From positions 15,870 through 79,869 of the forward strand of contig NZ_JADZDS010000010.1 of assembly GCF_020850895.1 (NCBI RefSeq): DNA of 64,000 nucleotides, read 5' to 3'. Of the stretch, positions 25,111 through 35,168 are shown piece after piece (position 1 is the first letter of the stretch; each line of letters opens with the position of its first letter). The notes beneath the pieces are model-generated. The model made no database searches. It had not been told where the DNA came from and worked only from the letters and a program-made list of their open reading frames with translations. This DNA comes from Thermomonas sp. (GTDB lineage: Bacteria; Pseudomonadota; Gammaproteobacteria; Xanthomonadales; Xanthomonadaceae). The position numbers and the translations under genes were made by a program.

Positions 25111-25784
25111 GTTGGGCGCTGGTGCCGGCGGCGGGCAGCGGTCGTCGGTTCGGCGGCGCGACGCCCAAGCAGTATCTTCAGTTGCAGGGGCGGACCTTGC
25201 TCGAATTCGCGCTGCATGCGCTGTTGACGCATCCGGACGTGGACGGTGCGGTGGTGGCGCTGGCCGAAAACGATGCAACGTGGCCGGGGTGGTCCACGCT
25301 GTGCGGAAAGCCGGTGGTTGCCTGCCAAGGCGGTGCCGAGCGCGCGGATTCCGTGCTGGCTGCTTTGCATGCACTGCCCGGCACGGTGCCAGCGGATGCC
25401 ATCGTCCTCGTGCACGACGCAGCGCGGCCGAACCTGCGCGGGGAGGACATCGCTCGTCTGCTCGAAGCTGCACATGCGTGTCCTGATGGGGCGATCCTTG
25501 CCGCGCCGGTGCGAGATACGATCAAGCGGGAGGCTGCTGGCCGGATTGCCCGGACCGAGCCGCGTGCCGAACTGTGGCGTGCACTGACGCCACAGGCGTT
25601 CCGACGCGACTTGCTGTTGCGCGCGTTGCAAGCTGCGCAGGCAGACGGGATCGTCGTCACCGACGAGGCGATGGCGGTCGAGCGCTTGGGCCTGCACCCC
25701 CGGCTTGTCGAGGGCCGCGAGGATAACCTCAAGGTCACCACGCCTGCGGATCTGGCGTTGGCGGAGTTCCTGCTGTCGCATTGA
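25107..25784 (+). CDS. ispD: MEP cytidylyltransferase
   Basis: PAAGSGRRFG, PKQY, VHDAARP and NLKVTTP motifs. Confidence 0.96.
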   Translation: MSWALVPAAGSGRRFGGATPKQYLQLQGRTLLEFALHALLTHPDVDGAVVALAENDATWPGWSTLCGKPVVACQGGAERADSVLAALHALPGTVPADAIVLVHDAARPNLRGEDIARLLEAAHACPDGAILAAPVRDTIKREAAGRIARTEPRAELWRALTPQAFRRDLLLRALQAAQADGIVVTDEAMAVERLGLHPRLVEGREDNLKVTTPADLALAEFLLSH

Positions 25785-25827
25785 CCCTGGACTCTGGCCA
25801 GGTCGCAGCCATGGCTGGCGGCAGGGA

Positions 25828-27450
25828 TCAATAGACGTCGCGCCGGTACCGGCCTTCGTGTATCAGTGCATTCACTGCGGTCGTTCCCAGGAGATCGACC
25901 AGCAGGGCATCCACCGCAGGTGCCATGCCCTGGGCACTGCCACAGACGTACAGGGATGCGCCTGCATCCAGCCATTGCCGCAAACGCGGGGCATGGGTGG
26001 ATAGGGCGTCCTGGACGTAGCGCAGGGTGCCGCCATCCCGCGAGAACGTGCGATCCAGATGTTCCAACCCACCCGTTTGCAGCCAGCGTTCCAGTTCGTC
26101 TCCGAAGAAATCGTCATGGGCAGCGCTGCGCTCGCCGAACAACAGCCAGTTGCGGTGCGCACCCGCGGCAATGCGGGCTTTCAGGTGGGCGCGCAGGCCG
26201 GCGATGCCGGTGCCGTTGCCGACCAGGATCATCGGGCGGGAAGGGTCGGGGGCGTGGAAGCCAGGATTGCTGCGGATACGCACATCGAGTTGGGTGCCCA
26301 GCACGGCACGACCACACAGCCAGCTGCTGCAGATGCCGTGCGTGCCGTCGGCATTGCACATCAGCCGCACCAGCAACTCCAGTTTGCCATCGCTTGGGAG
26401 CGAAGCGATGGAATAGTCACGGTGCGGGAGGGGACGCAGGGCAGTTGCCAGCGTGTCGGCTCCACTTCCGCGGACTGTGTCGACGGGCGGCAGGTGTGAT
26501 CGTGCTAGCGCGTCAGACAGTGGCATTGACTGGCCGTGGATCGAGACCGGTTCCGTCCCTGACAATCCGGTGGCTGCAAGGAATGCGCTGACTGCCTCCT
26601 CGGGATTGCGCGGCACGACTTCGACGATATCGCCAGCCTGCCAGGTCAGTACGGCGGCGTGGGAAGGCACCAGTTCCAAGTGGAAGGCGGGCCAGCCGGG
26701 GCTGTCGGGATTGAGCAGTTGGCGTTGCGTCAGGATCCAGCGATCGAACTGCGGAATGATCGAAATTTCGCAATCGTCGGTCTGGCAGATGATCGATCCC
26801 AGTCGTTGTTGCCAAAGCTGCAGTGCGTCGTGGTTGGCATTGTCGACATCCACCCGATCAAACAGCGGTCGTGCCGCATTCCCGCGCAGCCAAGCGTCGA
26901 GACGCTGCCCGAAGGCGCAAAACTGTGCGTAGTTACGGTCACCCAGCGCCAAGATGGCGTAACGGCAATCACGCAGGTCGAAGGTGGCAGCCATCGTCGT
27001 GTGGGAGAACGCAAGCGCGCCATCCGGTGGGTCACCCTCTCCGGTGGTGCTGGCGATGAACACGCAGTTCCGTCCATGCAGGCCATCGGCATCGAGTGAG
27101 GCGATGTCGTGCAGCGCCGCGGTGTGGCCACTGCGTTGCAAAATGTCCAGTGTGCGTTGAGCCAATTCGTACCCGAATCCGGTTTGGCTGGCGTGGATGA
27201 CCAGCCAATCGGCAATGGATGGGTCCGCGGCTGCCCTGTGCCTGCGCCCGTCTGCAAGCATCAGGCCGCACTGGCCCAACCACAGTGCCGTGGCAAGGGC
27301 GGCCATCCAGCGTGGCTGCAACAGGGGCGTGGGCGCGAACGCGCCAGCGCCGTGCAGGAATAGCGACCAGCCGGCCAGTGCCATGAGTGCCAGCAGCACC
27401 AAGGCGTTGCCGAGGGTGGATCGGCTGATCTTCAGGCCGCGCTGGTTCAT
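25828..27450 (-). CDS. Membrane-anchored CysJ-like diflavin NAD(P)H oxidoreductase (flavodoxin + FNR)
   Basis: Two N-terminal hydrophobic segments; ASQTG, STTGEGD, LGDRNY, RDYSIAS, GNGTGIA and YVCGS motifs. Confidence 0.9.
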   Translation of the reverse strand: MNQRGLKISRSTLGNALVLLALMALAGWSLFLHGAGAFAPTPLLQPRWMAALATALWLGQCGLMLADGRRHRAAADPSIADWLVIHASQTGFGYELAQRTLDILQRSGHTAALHDIASLDADGLHGRNCVFIASTTGEGDPPDGALAFSHTTMAATFDLRDCRYAILALGDRNYAQFCAFGQRLDAWLRGNAARPLFDRVDVDNANHDALQLWQQRLGSIICQTDDCEISIIPQFDRWILTQRQLLNPDSPGWPAFHLELVPSHAAVLTWQAGDIVEVVPRNPEEAVSAFLAATGLSGTEPVSIHGQSMPLSDALARSHLPPVDTVRGSGADTLATALRPLPHRDYSIASLPSDGKLELLVRLMCNADGTHGICSSWLCGRAVLGTQLDVRIRSNPGFHAPDPSRPMILVGNGTGIAGLRAHLKARIAAGAHRNWLLFGERSAAHDDFFGDELERWLQTGGLEHLDRTFSRDGGTLRYVQDALSTHAPRLRQWLDAGASLYVCGSAQGMAPAVDALLVDLLGTTAVNALIHEGRYRRDVY

Positions 27451-28391
27451 GCGGCGAGGTGGATGCGGAACGGGTCGCTCATGCACTCTTCCAGGGCGTT
27501 GCCTTCACGCCACAGGAAGCGCGCTGCCAATCCCAACCGTTGCGCCAGCGTGTGGCCAGCCTCGACGCCCAGTACGCTCAAGGCGGTGGCCCAGGCGTCG
27601 GCGTGCATGGCGTCACCCGCAACGACGGTGACGGCAACCGGTGCGTGCATGACCGGTTCGCCGCTGCGTGGATCAATGGTGTGGGTGCAGCGGCGACCGC
27701 CTCGAGTGTGGTGATGCCAACGGTCACCGGACGAGGCGACCGCGATTCCATCCAGTGCCAGGACACGGGGTTCCAGGGCATGGTCTTCTTCTTCCGGGCC
27801 GGCTTCGACGAGGACGTGCCATGCAGTTCCATCCGCTTTGCGCCCATAACCGACAAGCTCGCCGCCGACTTCCACCAGCGCACCAGGGATGCCTGCTGAA
27901 CACAGGTGCGTCGCCACTCGGTCGGCAGCGAATCCCTTGGCGATGGCGGAGAGATCCAGTTGCAGCCCGCCGGGTTGGAGCAGGCGGTAGTTGGCGTCGA
28001 ACGCGAGGCGCTGCCAGCCGGTGCGCTCGCGCGCGTGATCCAGGGCTGCCGCATCGGGCGCTTCCCTGTGCGCATGTGGGCCAAATCCCCATGCTGCGAC
28101 CAGTGTGCCGATGGTGGGATCGAACGCGCCGTCGCTGGCAGCGGCGATTTCCAGTGCGCAAGTCAGGACCTGCGAAAATTCCAAGGGGATCTGTTGCCAA
28201 TGGCCTGCTTCGGAACGGTTGAATCGGCTGATATCGGAATTGGGTTCCCAGGTGCTCATTTGGGCCACGACCAGGGCCAATTGCGCTTCGATGCCCACGT
28301 GGAGGACGCGCAGGTCTGCATCGCGTGCGGCATCCAGCCGTACGCTCCAAGTGGTTCCCATGGATTCTCCGCCCAGGGTATGCGTCACCAC
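27447..28391 (-). CDS. apbE: FAD:protein FMN transferase
   Basis: MGTTW, FDPTIG, DLSAIAKG, IDPRSG and ADAWATAL motifs. Confidence 0.93.
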   Translation of the reverse strand: MVTHTLGGESMGTTWSVRLDAARDADLRVLHVGIEAQLALVVAQMSTWEPNSDISRFNRSEAGHWQQIPLEFSQVLTCALEIAAASDGAFDPTIGTLVAAWGFGPHAHREAPDAAALDHARERTGWQRLAFDANYRLLQPGGLQLDLSAIAKGFAADRVATHLCSAGIPGALVEVGGELVGYGRKADGTAWHVLVEAGPEEEDHALEPRVLALDGIAVASSGDRWHHHTRGGRRCTHTIDPRSGEPVMHAPVAVTVVAGDAMHADAWATALSVLGVEAGHTLAQRLGLAARFLWREGNALEECMSDPFRIHLAA

Positions 28392-28438
28392 GATGGATCG
28401 TGCCTCCTGTCCTGCGTTGCCGCCGCCGGACTCGTTCG

Positions 28439-28464
28439 ACTCCCGCCCGTAACGGGGCGGGAGT
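28439..28464. other. Intercistronic stem-loop between DUF4198 gene and apbE
   Basis: actcccgccc...gggcgggagt 10-bp stem. Confidence 0.55.
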
Positions 28465-28477
28465 GCGGCGAACTGCC

Positions 28478-29326
28478 TTACTGCGGCAGGACTTCCAGCG
28501 TTGCGGTGTAGCCCAGCCGTCGCTGGGTTGCTTGCGGTACGCTGGACTGGTTGTCGATGGTGGACGCCTCCAGCCAGTACATGCCCGGTTCGGGCCAGCG
28601 GATCTTGAAGCTGCCGTCCGTGCCCGTCGTCACCTTGATTTCATCCTGTGCGTTACGGTAGCGCGTGCCACCGCGGATGATTTCAACGTCCACTCCGGAG
28701 GCCGGCTTGCCGTCCACCATCAAACGGAAGGTGGCTTCGTCTCCGGCAAACAGATCGTTGGGATGGGTGACGGGCAGGAGTTCGAGTCCCTTCCCGGTGA
28801 GTGTGATGGTGCTGGGCGATCCATGGGTGACGAAGGTTTCCACGCGGCCGTGGATTTCGGTCACCTTGACGTTCCGTGCATTTCCGGGGATTTGCGTTGC
28901 CAGATCTTCTGGCGTGGCGTTGCGCAGGAAGCCACCGCGCGGGCTTCCTGCTTGGGCTGCGCCGGCGCTGGCGGCTGCCAGGCTTTCGGGAGTGTCCCAG
29001 CGTGCGGACAGGCCTGCATTGACGTTGGCGATGCGGTAAGTGCCCTCTTGGTCAAGCTGGACGTCGAACACGCTGCGGTACTTCCCGGTGGTCGGATTTC
29101 TGGGGGTCTGCACGCGTCCGTCCGGTGCAATGATGGTGACGTTGTCGAGGCGCATCGGCACATGGTCCGGGAAATACAGCTGGTTCGACACAGCGGCATC
29201 GACGGTGACCCAGGCATCGTTTCCCGCGACCACGGTGGCGGACGGTACCAGCCATTGCTTGTGCGCGGCCGAGGTCAGTGGAAGCAGGCAAAGGATGGTG
29301 GCGATGGCGAGGAGATGGCGTTTCAT
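28478..29326 (-). CDS. DUF4198 periplasmic protein
   Basis: Signal peptide ending SAA, then HKQWLVP; GLELLPVTHP motif. Confidence 0.85.
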   Translation of the reverse strand: MKRHLLAIATILCLLPLTSAAHKQWLVPSATVVAGNDAWVTVDAAVSNQLYFPDHVPMRLDNVTIIAPDGRVQTPRNPTTGKYRSVFDVQLDQEGTYRIANVNAGLSARWDTPESLAAASAGAAQAGSPRGGFLRNATPEDLATQIPGNARNVKVTEIHGRVETFVTHGSPSTITLTGKGLELLPVTHPNDLFAGDEATFRLMVDGKPASGVDVEIIRGGTRYRNAQDEIKVTTGTDGSFKIRWPEPGMYWLEASTIDNQSSVPQATQRRLGYTATLEVLPQ

Positions 29327-29396
29327 GGAGGGTCTCGACTTGACAGGGGTGGGCGTGCTTTCGAAACGATGGCCAGATGCTGCACGGAGCATTGGG

Positions 29397-29912
29397 TCAT
29401 GGCCTTGCGGTTAGGGTGACCGTCCCGAGTTCGGTCGTGCCGCGCGCGCTGCCAGTCGTGGGTTTTCCCTTCCACTCGAAGGGGATCTTCAGCAGTTCGC
29501 GACCGCCGACTTCGCGCACGGCCTCCACCACGAGGACGTAATGGCCGGCGGGCAACCTCGCCAGTTCGGGATGGCCTTGGTCGAAATTCAGGGTGTGTTT
29601 CCCGGCCGGCCGGGTGGGTCCGGTGATGCCATCCACCGGAACCTTCAGCGTGCGCCCGCTCTTGCGCCACCACTGGCGCAGGTCCGGGAGCCACTTGCTG
29701 CCGTGTCCTTCCCGTCCATCCTTGTCCTGGTACCAGACGGAAAGGTTGGAGACGGCCTTGCCATTTGCGTCTTCAACCCAGACCGCCACATAAGGGCGAT
29801 GGTATTCAGCGGTGTTGATGCGGGGGATGTCGATTGTGACGGACAGGTCAGCTGCGTGGACTGCAGGGGCGCCGAGCAGGCTGCCGATGATGAGCGAGAC
29901 GGTGGTGCGCAT
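29397..29912 (-). CDS. DUF2271 protein, predicted flavinylation substrate
   Basis: Signal peptide; YHRPYVAVW, WLPDLRQWWR and DGITGPT motifs. Confidence 0.88.
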   Translation of the reverse strand: MRTTVSLIIGSLLGAPAVHAADLSVTIDIPRINTAEYHRPYVAVWVEDANGKAVSNLSVWYQDKDGREGHGSKWLPDLRQWWRKSGRTLKVPVDGITGPTRPAGKHTLNFDQGHPELARLPAGHYVLVVEAVREVGGRELLKIPFEWKGKPTTGSARGTTELGTVTLTARP

Positions 29913-29945
29913 GGGGGCCTTGGATGTCGATGCGGGATGATTGGA

Positions 29946-30581
29946 TCAGTGTACGAAGAGCAGGACCAACAGCAGGGGAATCAACAGGCCCAGCGTGGCC
30001 AGCGGCCAGGTGGCGCGGCGCTGGCGTGAGTGCATCCAGAGGAGGAACAGCCCGGTGAGGGTGAACACGATGCAGGCAAGTGCAAACACATCGATGAACC
30101 AAGCCCAGGCAGGGCCGGTGTTGCGGCCCTTGTGCAGGTCGTTGAGCCAGGAGAGCGTGCCGCGGTCGATGCGTTCGTATTCGATCGTGCCGTCCGCGCG
30201 CTGGAGGCTCAGCCAGGCGTCGTATCCGGGACCGGGCATCGACAGATAGAGCTCGTCTTCGGACCATTCCGCCGTGCGTCCACTGGTCGTGATGCCATGC
30301 GTCTGCCTCAGCCAATCACTGACGACAGCGGGCAGGGTGCCGTTGCCGTTGGCTCCGGTGCGCAGCGGTTCGAGCATGGAGGCGGGAAGCGTGTCGGTGA
30401 CGCGCGTGACCACGGGCGTGGCCCCGATTCGTGCAGCGTGGTTCAGGGTAATACCGGTCACTGCAAACAGCAGCATGCCAACCAGGCAGACGGCAGCGCT
30501 GATCCAGTGCCACTGGTGCAGGGTGCGCAGCCAATAGCCGCGGCGTTGTTGCGTGCTGGGCGAAGTGGGCTTCGGAGCCAA
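29946..30581 (-). CDS. PepSY-associated TM helix protein
   Basis: LHQWHW, FAVTGITLNH and LNDLHKGR motifs; TTG start. Confidence 0.88.
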   Translation of the reverse strand: MAPKPTSPSTQQRRGYWLRTLHQWHWISAAVCLVGMLLFAVTGITLNHAARIGATPVVTRVTDTLPASMLEPLRTGANGNGTLPAVVSDWLRQTHGITTSGRTAEWSEDELYLSMPGPGYDAWLSLQRADGTIEYERIDRGTLSWLNDLHKGRNTGPAWAWFIDVFALACIVFTLTGLFLLWMHSRQRRATWPLATLGLLIPLLLVLLFVH

Positions 30582-30610
30582 GGCAGAGTCCTGCGCGGAA
30601 CCAGTCCATC

Positions 30611-30640
30611 ATTAGACCATTAATGCGAATTGCTCTCAAC
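30611..30640 (-). promoter_or_regulatory. Fur-box-like site overlapping a putative sigma70 promoter
   Basis: AATGCGAATTGCTCTCAA at 30622-30639; minus strand TTGAGA-N17-TCTAAT. Confidence 0.65.
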
Positions 30641-30735
30641 AACTCCAGTCGCTGGGGTGCGCCCGGCGTGCCGCCGGCGTTTGCTGGCTGGGATTCCTGA
30701 AGTAGGCTTGTGCATTGGAGATCGCGGGAAGAAGC

Positions 30736-31239
30736 ATGCTTTTCAGGGTCGGCCAAGGCTTCGATGTGCATGCGTTCGGCGCTGGCGATCACCTCATGCT
30801 CGGTGGCGTGCGCATCGCGCATGATCGCGGCATCGTAGCGCACAGTGATGGCGACGTGGCCCTGCACGCCTTGTGCGATGCCCTGCTCGGTGCGTTGACG
30901 CTGGGCGATATCGGCCAGCATTTCCCGCCCTCGGATCCGCGCTGGAAGGATGCGGACAGCCGCGCTTTCCTGCGGCACTGCGACGGCTTGATTCGCGCAC
31001 AAGGCTGGCAGGTGGGCAATTGCGACCTCACCGTGATCTGCGAGGCGCCGAAGATCGGGCCGCATGCCCAGGCGATGCGCGCCTGCATTGCGGCTGATCT
31101 GGGCATCGACGTGGACGCAGTCAGCGTCAAGGCCACCACCAGCGAACGGCTTGGGTTCACCGGTCGCGGCGAGGGCATCGCCGCGCAAGCCGTGTGCCTG
31201 TTGGTGCGCCTTCTCCCTCCGGGAGAAGGTGGCGCGTAG
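30736..31239 (+). CDS. ispF: MECDP synthase
   Basis: [22 protein letters not shown] and KATTSE motifs. Confidence 0.96.
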   Translation: MLFRVGQGFDVHAFGAGDHLMLGGVRIAHDRGIVAHSDGDVALHALCDALLGALTLGDIGQHFPPSDPRWKDADSRAFLRHCDGLIRAQGWQVGNCDLTVICEAPKIGPHAQAMRACIAADLGIDVDAVSVKATTSERLGFTGRGEGIAAQAVCLLVRLLPPGEGGA

Positions 31240-31331
31240 CGCCGGATGAGGGTACGGAGTAGCGATGTTGATGAATCATTGCGATGTCACCCCGCCCTCA
31301 CCCCAACCCCTCTCCCGAGAGGAGAAGGGCG
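31209..31331. repeat. REP doublet (REPIN-like) spanning ispF stop and truD start
   Basis: ccttctccc-tcc-gggagaagg...ggatgaggg on the left; inverted ccctcacccc...ccctctccc-gaga-ggagaaggg on the right. Confidence 0.8.
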
Positions 31332-32365
31332 TTGAATTGCCGCGCGCCCACGGCGCGCCGGTGCTGTCGGCGACTATCCGCAGCCAACCGGAAGATTTCT
31401 TCGTCGAGGAAATCGCCGGCTTTGAACCCAGCGGCACCGGCGAACACCTGCTGCTGACGGTCGAAAAGCGCGGCATGAATACCGCGTTCGCGGCGAAAAC
31501 AATCGCGCAATGGGCCGGCGTCGACGAATCGGCGATTGGCTACGCCGGCCTGAAGGATCGCCACGCGGTAACCCGCCAGCGCTTTTCGGTGTGGCTGCCG
31601 AAACGGGTCGCCCCCGAAATCGCCACCCTGGAGACGGACGAGCTGCGCGTGCTTGATCACGGCTGGCACGGGCGCAAATTGCCGCGTGGCGCGTTGGCCG
31701 GCAACCGCTTCGTGCTGGTGCTGCGCGATGTGACGGGCGAACGCGCTGGCATTGTGGAGCGTCTCGAGGCGATTGCCGCGCGTGGTGTGCCCAATTACTT
31801 CGGCGAACAACGCTTCGGCCACGGCGGTGACAATGTGCGCAAGGCGGTGGCGATGTTCGCAGGCCGGCGGGTCAAGCGCGAGGAGCGTGGTCTGTTGTTG
31901 TCGGCGGCGCGCTCGGAACTGTTCAACCGGGTGTTGGCGGCGCGGGTCGAGGCGGGTGTCTGGGACGCCGCGCTGGAGGGCGAGGTCTGGATGCTCGATG
32001 GTAGCCACAGCGTGTTCGGGCCGGAAGCCACGACGCCGGAACTGAAAACGCGGCTGGCCGCCTTCGACATCCATCCGACCGGGCCGCTGTGGGGAGCCGG
32101 GGCGTTGCGCAGCGCAGCGGCGACGTGCGCCGTCGAGACCGGTGCGCTGCAGGGCGACACCGCGACCCGCCTGCGCAACGGGCTGGAGCAGGCCGGGCTG
32201 AAACAGGAGCGCCGGGCGCTGCGCCTGCGGCCGACAGCGTGGATGTGGCAATGGCCGTCCGAGGATGTGTTGGAACTGCACTTCACCCTGCCTCCGGGTG
32301 CATATGCCACCGTGGTGCTGCGCGAATTGGGTGAGGTCAGGGATGTGATGTCGCTGGCGGGATAA
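31265..32365 (+). CDS. truD: tRNA pseudouridine(13) synthase
   Basis: [31 protein letters not shown] and GAYAT motifs; start uncertain. Confidence 0.94.
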   Translation: MLMNHCDVTPPSPQPLSREEKGVELPRAHGAPVLSATIRSQPEDFFVEEIAGFEPSGTGEHLLLTVEKRGMNTAFAAKTIAQWAGVDESAIGYAGLKDRHAVTRQRFSVWLPKRVAPEIATLETDELRVLDHGWHGRKLPRGALAGNRFVLVLRDVTGERAGIVERLEAIAARGVPNYFGEQRFGHGGDNVRKAVAMFAGRRVKREERGLLLSAARSELFNRVLAARVEAGVWDAALEGEVWMLDGSHSVFGPEATTPELKTRLAAFDIHPTGPLWGAGALRSAAATCAVETGALQGDTATRLRNGLEQAGLKQERRALRLRPTAWMWQWPSEDVLELHFTLPPGAYATVVLRELGEVRDVMSLAG

Positions 32366-32453
32366 TTCCCGCAATCCCGCGCAGACGGGCCGCCGGTTCG
32401 AGCCGGGCTGACACGCAAGGCCCATGCGTTCCCGCTGCGGCAGGCATGCCGAA

Positions 32454-33020
32454 TCAAGATCCCGATGCGGGTTTCTCCAGCAGCACCAGCACTGCGCCAC
32501 CGCCGCCCTGCGCGGAAGGCGGCGAGTGGAATGCAAGCACATCGGCACGTTGCCGCAGCAGGCCATCCACCATGTTCTTCAGCACCGGCAGCCGATCTTC
32601 GGAATTGCGGCCCTTGCCGTGGATGATGCGGACGCAGCCGAGGCCATGCCGGCGACAGTCGCGCAGGAATTCCCGTAGCAGCGCTTCCGCGGAGGCCAGC
32701 GGCAGGCCGTGCAGGTCGAGTTCTTCCTGAGCCGCGTATTCGCCGCACGCGAGTTTCTTCAGAACCCGTGGCGTGATGTCGTCACGTCGGTAGGTGAGCG
32801 CATCGTCGGCCTCCAGTGCAGATAGCCGCATCCGCCGGAATTCGCTGCGCGCATCGTCTTCATCGCGTCGCGCCATCTTCGCCGAAGGCTTCGGTTTCGG
32901 GGTGGCTGGCGGTGGCGTCGCCTCGCGCAACGGACGCACCTTGCCGGCATCCGCACCAATGGCATTGCGGAACAGGCTGGCATCATCCCTGTCGTCGATC
33001 TCTGGCGGCACCTTGCGCAT
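32454..33020 (-). CDS. Smr/MutS2 domain protein
   Basis: ELDLHG, IIHGKG and GGGGA motifs. Confidence 0.9.
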   Translation of the reverse strand: MRKVPPEIDDRDDASLFRNAIGADAGKVRPLREATPPPATPKPKPSAKMARRDEDDARSEFRRMRLSALEADDALTYRRDDITPRVLKKLACGEYAAQEELDLHGLPLASAEALLREFLRDCRRHGLGCVRIIHGKGRNSEDRLPVLKNMVDGLLRQRADVLAFHSPPSAQGGGGAVLVLLEKPASGS

Positions 33021-33091
33021 GCGTGCAGGGTACCGCGAAGCGTCGATTGCATCCGGTATCATGGCCCGATGCAGAGTGTCTTGGTGCCGTG

Positions 33092-33880
33092 ATGCGGGTC
33101 TTGGTCAGCAACGACGATGGCGTTGATGCCCCCGGCATCCGTGTTCTCGCCCAGGGCCTGCGCGAGGCCGGTCACGAGGTGGTGGTGGTGGCGCCGGATC
33201 GCGACCGCAGCGGGGCCAGCAATTCATTGACCCTGGATGCACCGATCCGGGTGGTGCAACTCGACGAGCGCACCTGGAAAGTGCACGGCACGCCGACCGA
33301 CTGCGTCCATGTCGCGGTGTCCGGGATGCTGGAAACGCTGGGCCTGCAGCCGGACATCGTGGTGTCCGGGATCAACGATGCCGCGAACCTTGGCGATGAC
33401 GTGATCTATTCCGGCACGGTTGCGGCGGCGATGGAAGGGCGCTTCCTCGGCCTGCCGGCGGTGGCGGTCTCGCTGGCGAGCCGTGGTCATCGCGGCACCC
33501 ATTTCGAGAGCGCCGCGCGTGCGGTGGTGGCGATCATCGAACGCCTGCGCTGCGACCCACTGCCTGCCAGCACCATCTTGAACGTGAATGTCCCGGACCT
33601 GCCGTGGGAGGCGATCCGCGGCTTCGAGACCAGTCGGCTCGGCCATCGCCATCGCGCCGGCCCATGCACGCCCTTGCAGGATCCGCGGGGGCGCCAGTGG
33701 TGGTGGATCGGCTTCGTCGGCGAAGAGCTCGATGCCGGCCCGGGCACCGATTTCCACGCCGTGCGCAGCGGCCACATCGCGATCTCCCCGATCCATGTCG
33801 ACCTCACTCGTTACCAGGCATTGGAACAGGTGGCGAATTGGGTGAACGGGCTCGAGGCGGCAGCGGGGGCACGGGCTTGA
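33092..33880 (+). CDS. surE: 5'/3'-nucleotidase SurE
   Basis: VSNDDG, SGASNS, GTPTDCV and YSGTV motifs. Confidence 0.96.
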   Translation: MRVLVSNDDGVDAPGIRVLAQGLREAGHEVVVVAPDRDRSGASNSLTLDAPIRVVQLDERTWKVHGTPTDCVHVAVSGMLETLGLQPDIVVSGINDAANLGDDVIYSGTVAAAMEGRFLGLPAVAVSLASRGHRGTHFESAARAVVAIIERLRCDPLPASTILNVNVPDLPWEAIRGFETSRLGHRHRAGPCTPLQDPRGRQWWWIGFVGEELDAGPGTDFHAVRSGHIAISPIHVDLTRYQALEQVANWVNGLEAAAGARA

Positions 33881-34557
33881 TGATGCCGCTGCGCCTGCGC
33901 CCTGCCGACGTCGGGATCGGGATGACCGGCCAGCGTGCGCGCGACCGCCTGATCGAGGACCTGCGCGGCAGCGGGATTGCCGACGAGCGCGTGCTCAACG
34001 CGATCCGTACCGTGCCGCGGCACCAGTTCGTCGACGAGGCGCTGGCCTCGCGCGCCTACGAGAACAACGCCCTGCCGATCGGCCATGGCCAGACCATTTC
34101 GCAACCCTGGGTGGTGGCGAAGATGACCGAGGCGCTGCTGCGCAGCGCGCCGAAGCGGGTGCTGGAAGTGGGGACCGGTTCCGGCTACCAAGCGGCGGTG
34201 CTGGCGGCGCTGGGGGTGAAGGTCTACACGGTGGAGCGCATCGGTGACCTGCTGCGGGTGGCGCGCAAGCGCTTCCGCGACCTCGGCTTGCATATCCGCA
34301 GCAAGCACGACGATGGCCGCATCGGCTGGCCGGAAGAAGCACCGTTCGATGCCATCATCGTGACCGCCGCAGGTCCGGCGCTGGTGGACGCCCTGCTGGA
34401 CCAACTGGCAGCGGGCGGTGCCTTGGTCGCCCCCGTGGGTGCGTCGGCCGGGCAGTCCCTGCTGTGCCTGCGCAAGGATGCCGATGGCATCGTGTCCAGC
34501 GAGGACCTGGGTGGCGTCGTGTTCGTGCCCTTGCTGTCTGGGGTGGTGGATCGATGA
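33880..34557 (+). CDS. pcm: Protein-L-isoaspartate O-methyltransferase
   Basis: GQTISQP and [11 protein letters not shown] motifs; follows surE. Confidence 0.95.
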   Translation: MMPLRLRPADVGIGMTGQRARDRLIEDLRGSGIADERVLNAIRTVPRHQFVDEALASRAYENNALPIGHGQTISQPWVVAKMTEALLRSAPKRVLEVGTGSGYQAAVLAALGVKVYTVERIGDLLRVARKRFRDLGLHIRSKHDDGRIGWPEEAPFDAIIVTAAGPALVDALLDQLAAGGALVAPVGASAGQSLLCLRKDADGIVSSEDLGGVVFVPLLSGVVDR

Positions 34558-35168
34558 AGCTGTTTGCCCCGCTGTACGCGCGCGCGATCGAATGGTCGCG
34601 GCACAAGCGGGCGCCGGCCCTGCTCGGCGCATTGAGTTTCGTCGAGGCGATCATCTTCCCGGTCATGCCCGAGGTGATGCTGGCACCGATGTGCTTGGCA
34701 CAGCCGAAGCGCGGTTTCCGCTTCGCCGGCATCAGCCTGCTGTGCTCGCTGCTGGGTGCGGTGATCGGCTATTTGCTGGGGCATTACGCCTATGAACTGG
34801 TGCGGCCGGCGCTGGCCAGCATCGGCTGGCTGGATCGCATCGATGCCGAGGTGATGCGGCTGCGCGAGATCACCGCGCAATCGCCATGGAAGGCGTTCTG
34901 GTTGCTGGTCATCGGCGGCTTCGCGCCGATCCCGATGAAGATCTTCACCTGGGCCAGCGGCGTGGTCGGGGTGCCGATGCTGCCGTTCCTGCTGAGCATG
35001 GCGATCGGGCGTGGCAAGCGCGTGTACCTGCTGGCGCTGGCGATCCGGCTCGGCGGCGAGCGCGCCGAACGTGCGCTGCATCGCTGGATCGAGCCGATCG
35101 GCTGGGTGGCATTGCTGCTTTTGGCCGGTGGCATCGGTTGGCTGCTGTTGCGCGGGCATGCGGCATGA
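34554..35168 (+). CDS. YqaA/DedA family membrane protein
   Basis: SFVEAIIFP and PIPMKIFT motifs; between pcm and nlpD. Confidence 0.88.
   Translation: MKLFAPLYARAIEWSRHKRAPALLGALSFVEAIIFPVMPEVMLAPMCLAQPKRGFRFAGISLLCSLLGAVIGYLLGHYAYELVRPALASIGWLDRIDAEVMRLREITAQSPWKAFWLLVIGGFAPIPMKIFTWASGVVGVPMLPFLLSMAIGRGKRVYLLALAIRLGGERAERALHRWIEPIGWVALLLLAGGIGWLLLRGHAA

Noticed and set aside
25828..27450. True sulfite reductase cysJ
   Set aside because: No cysI or cysH nearby; N-terminal TMs and the apbE/DUF2271 context point to another role
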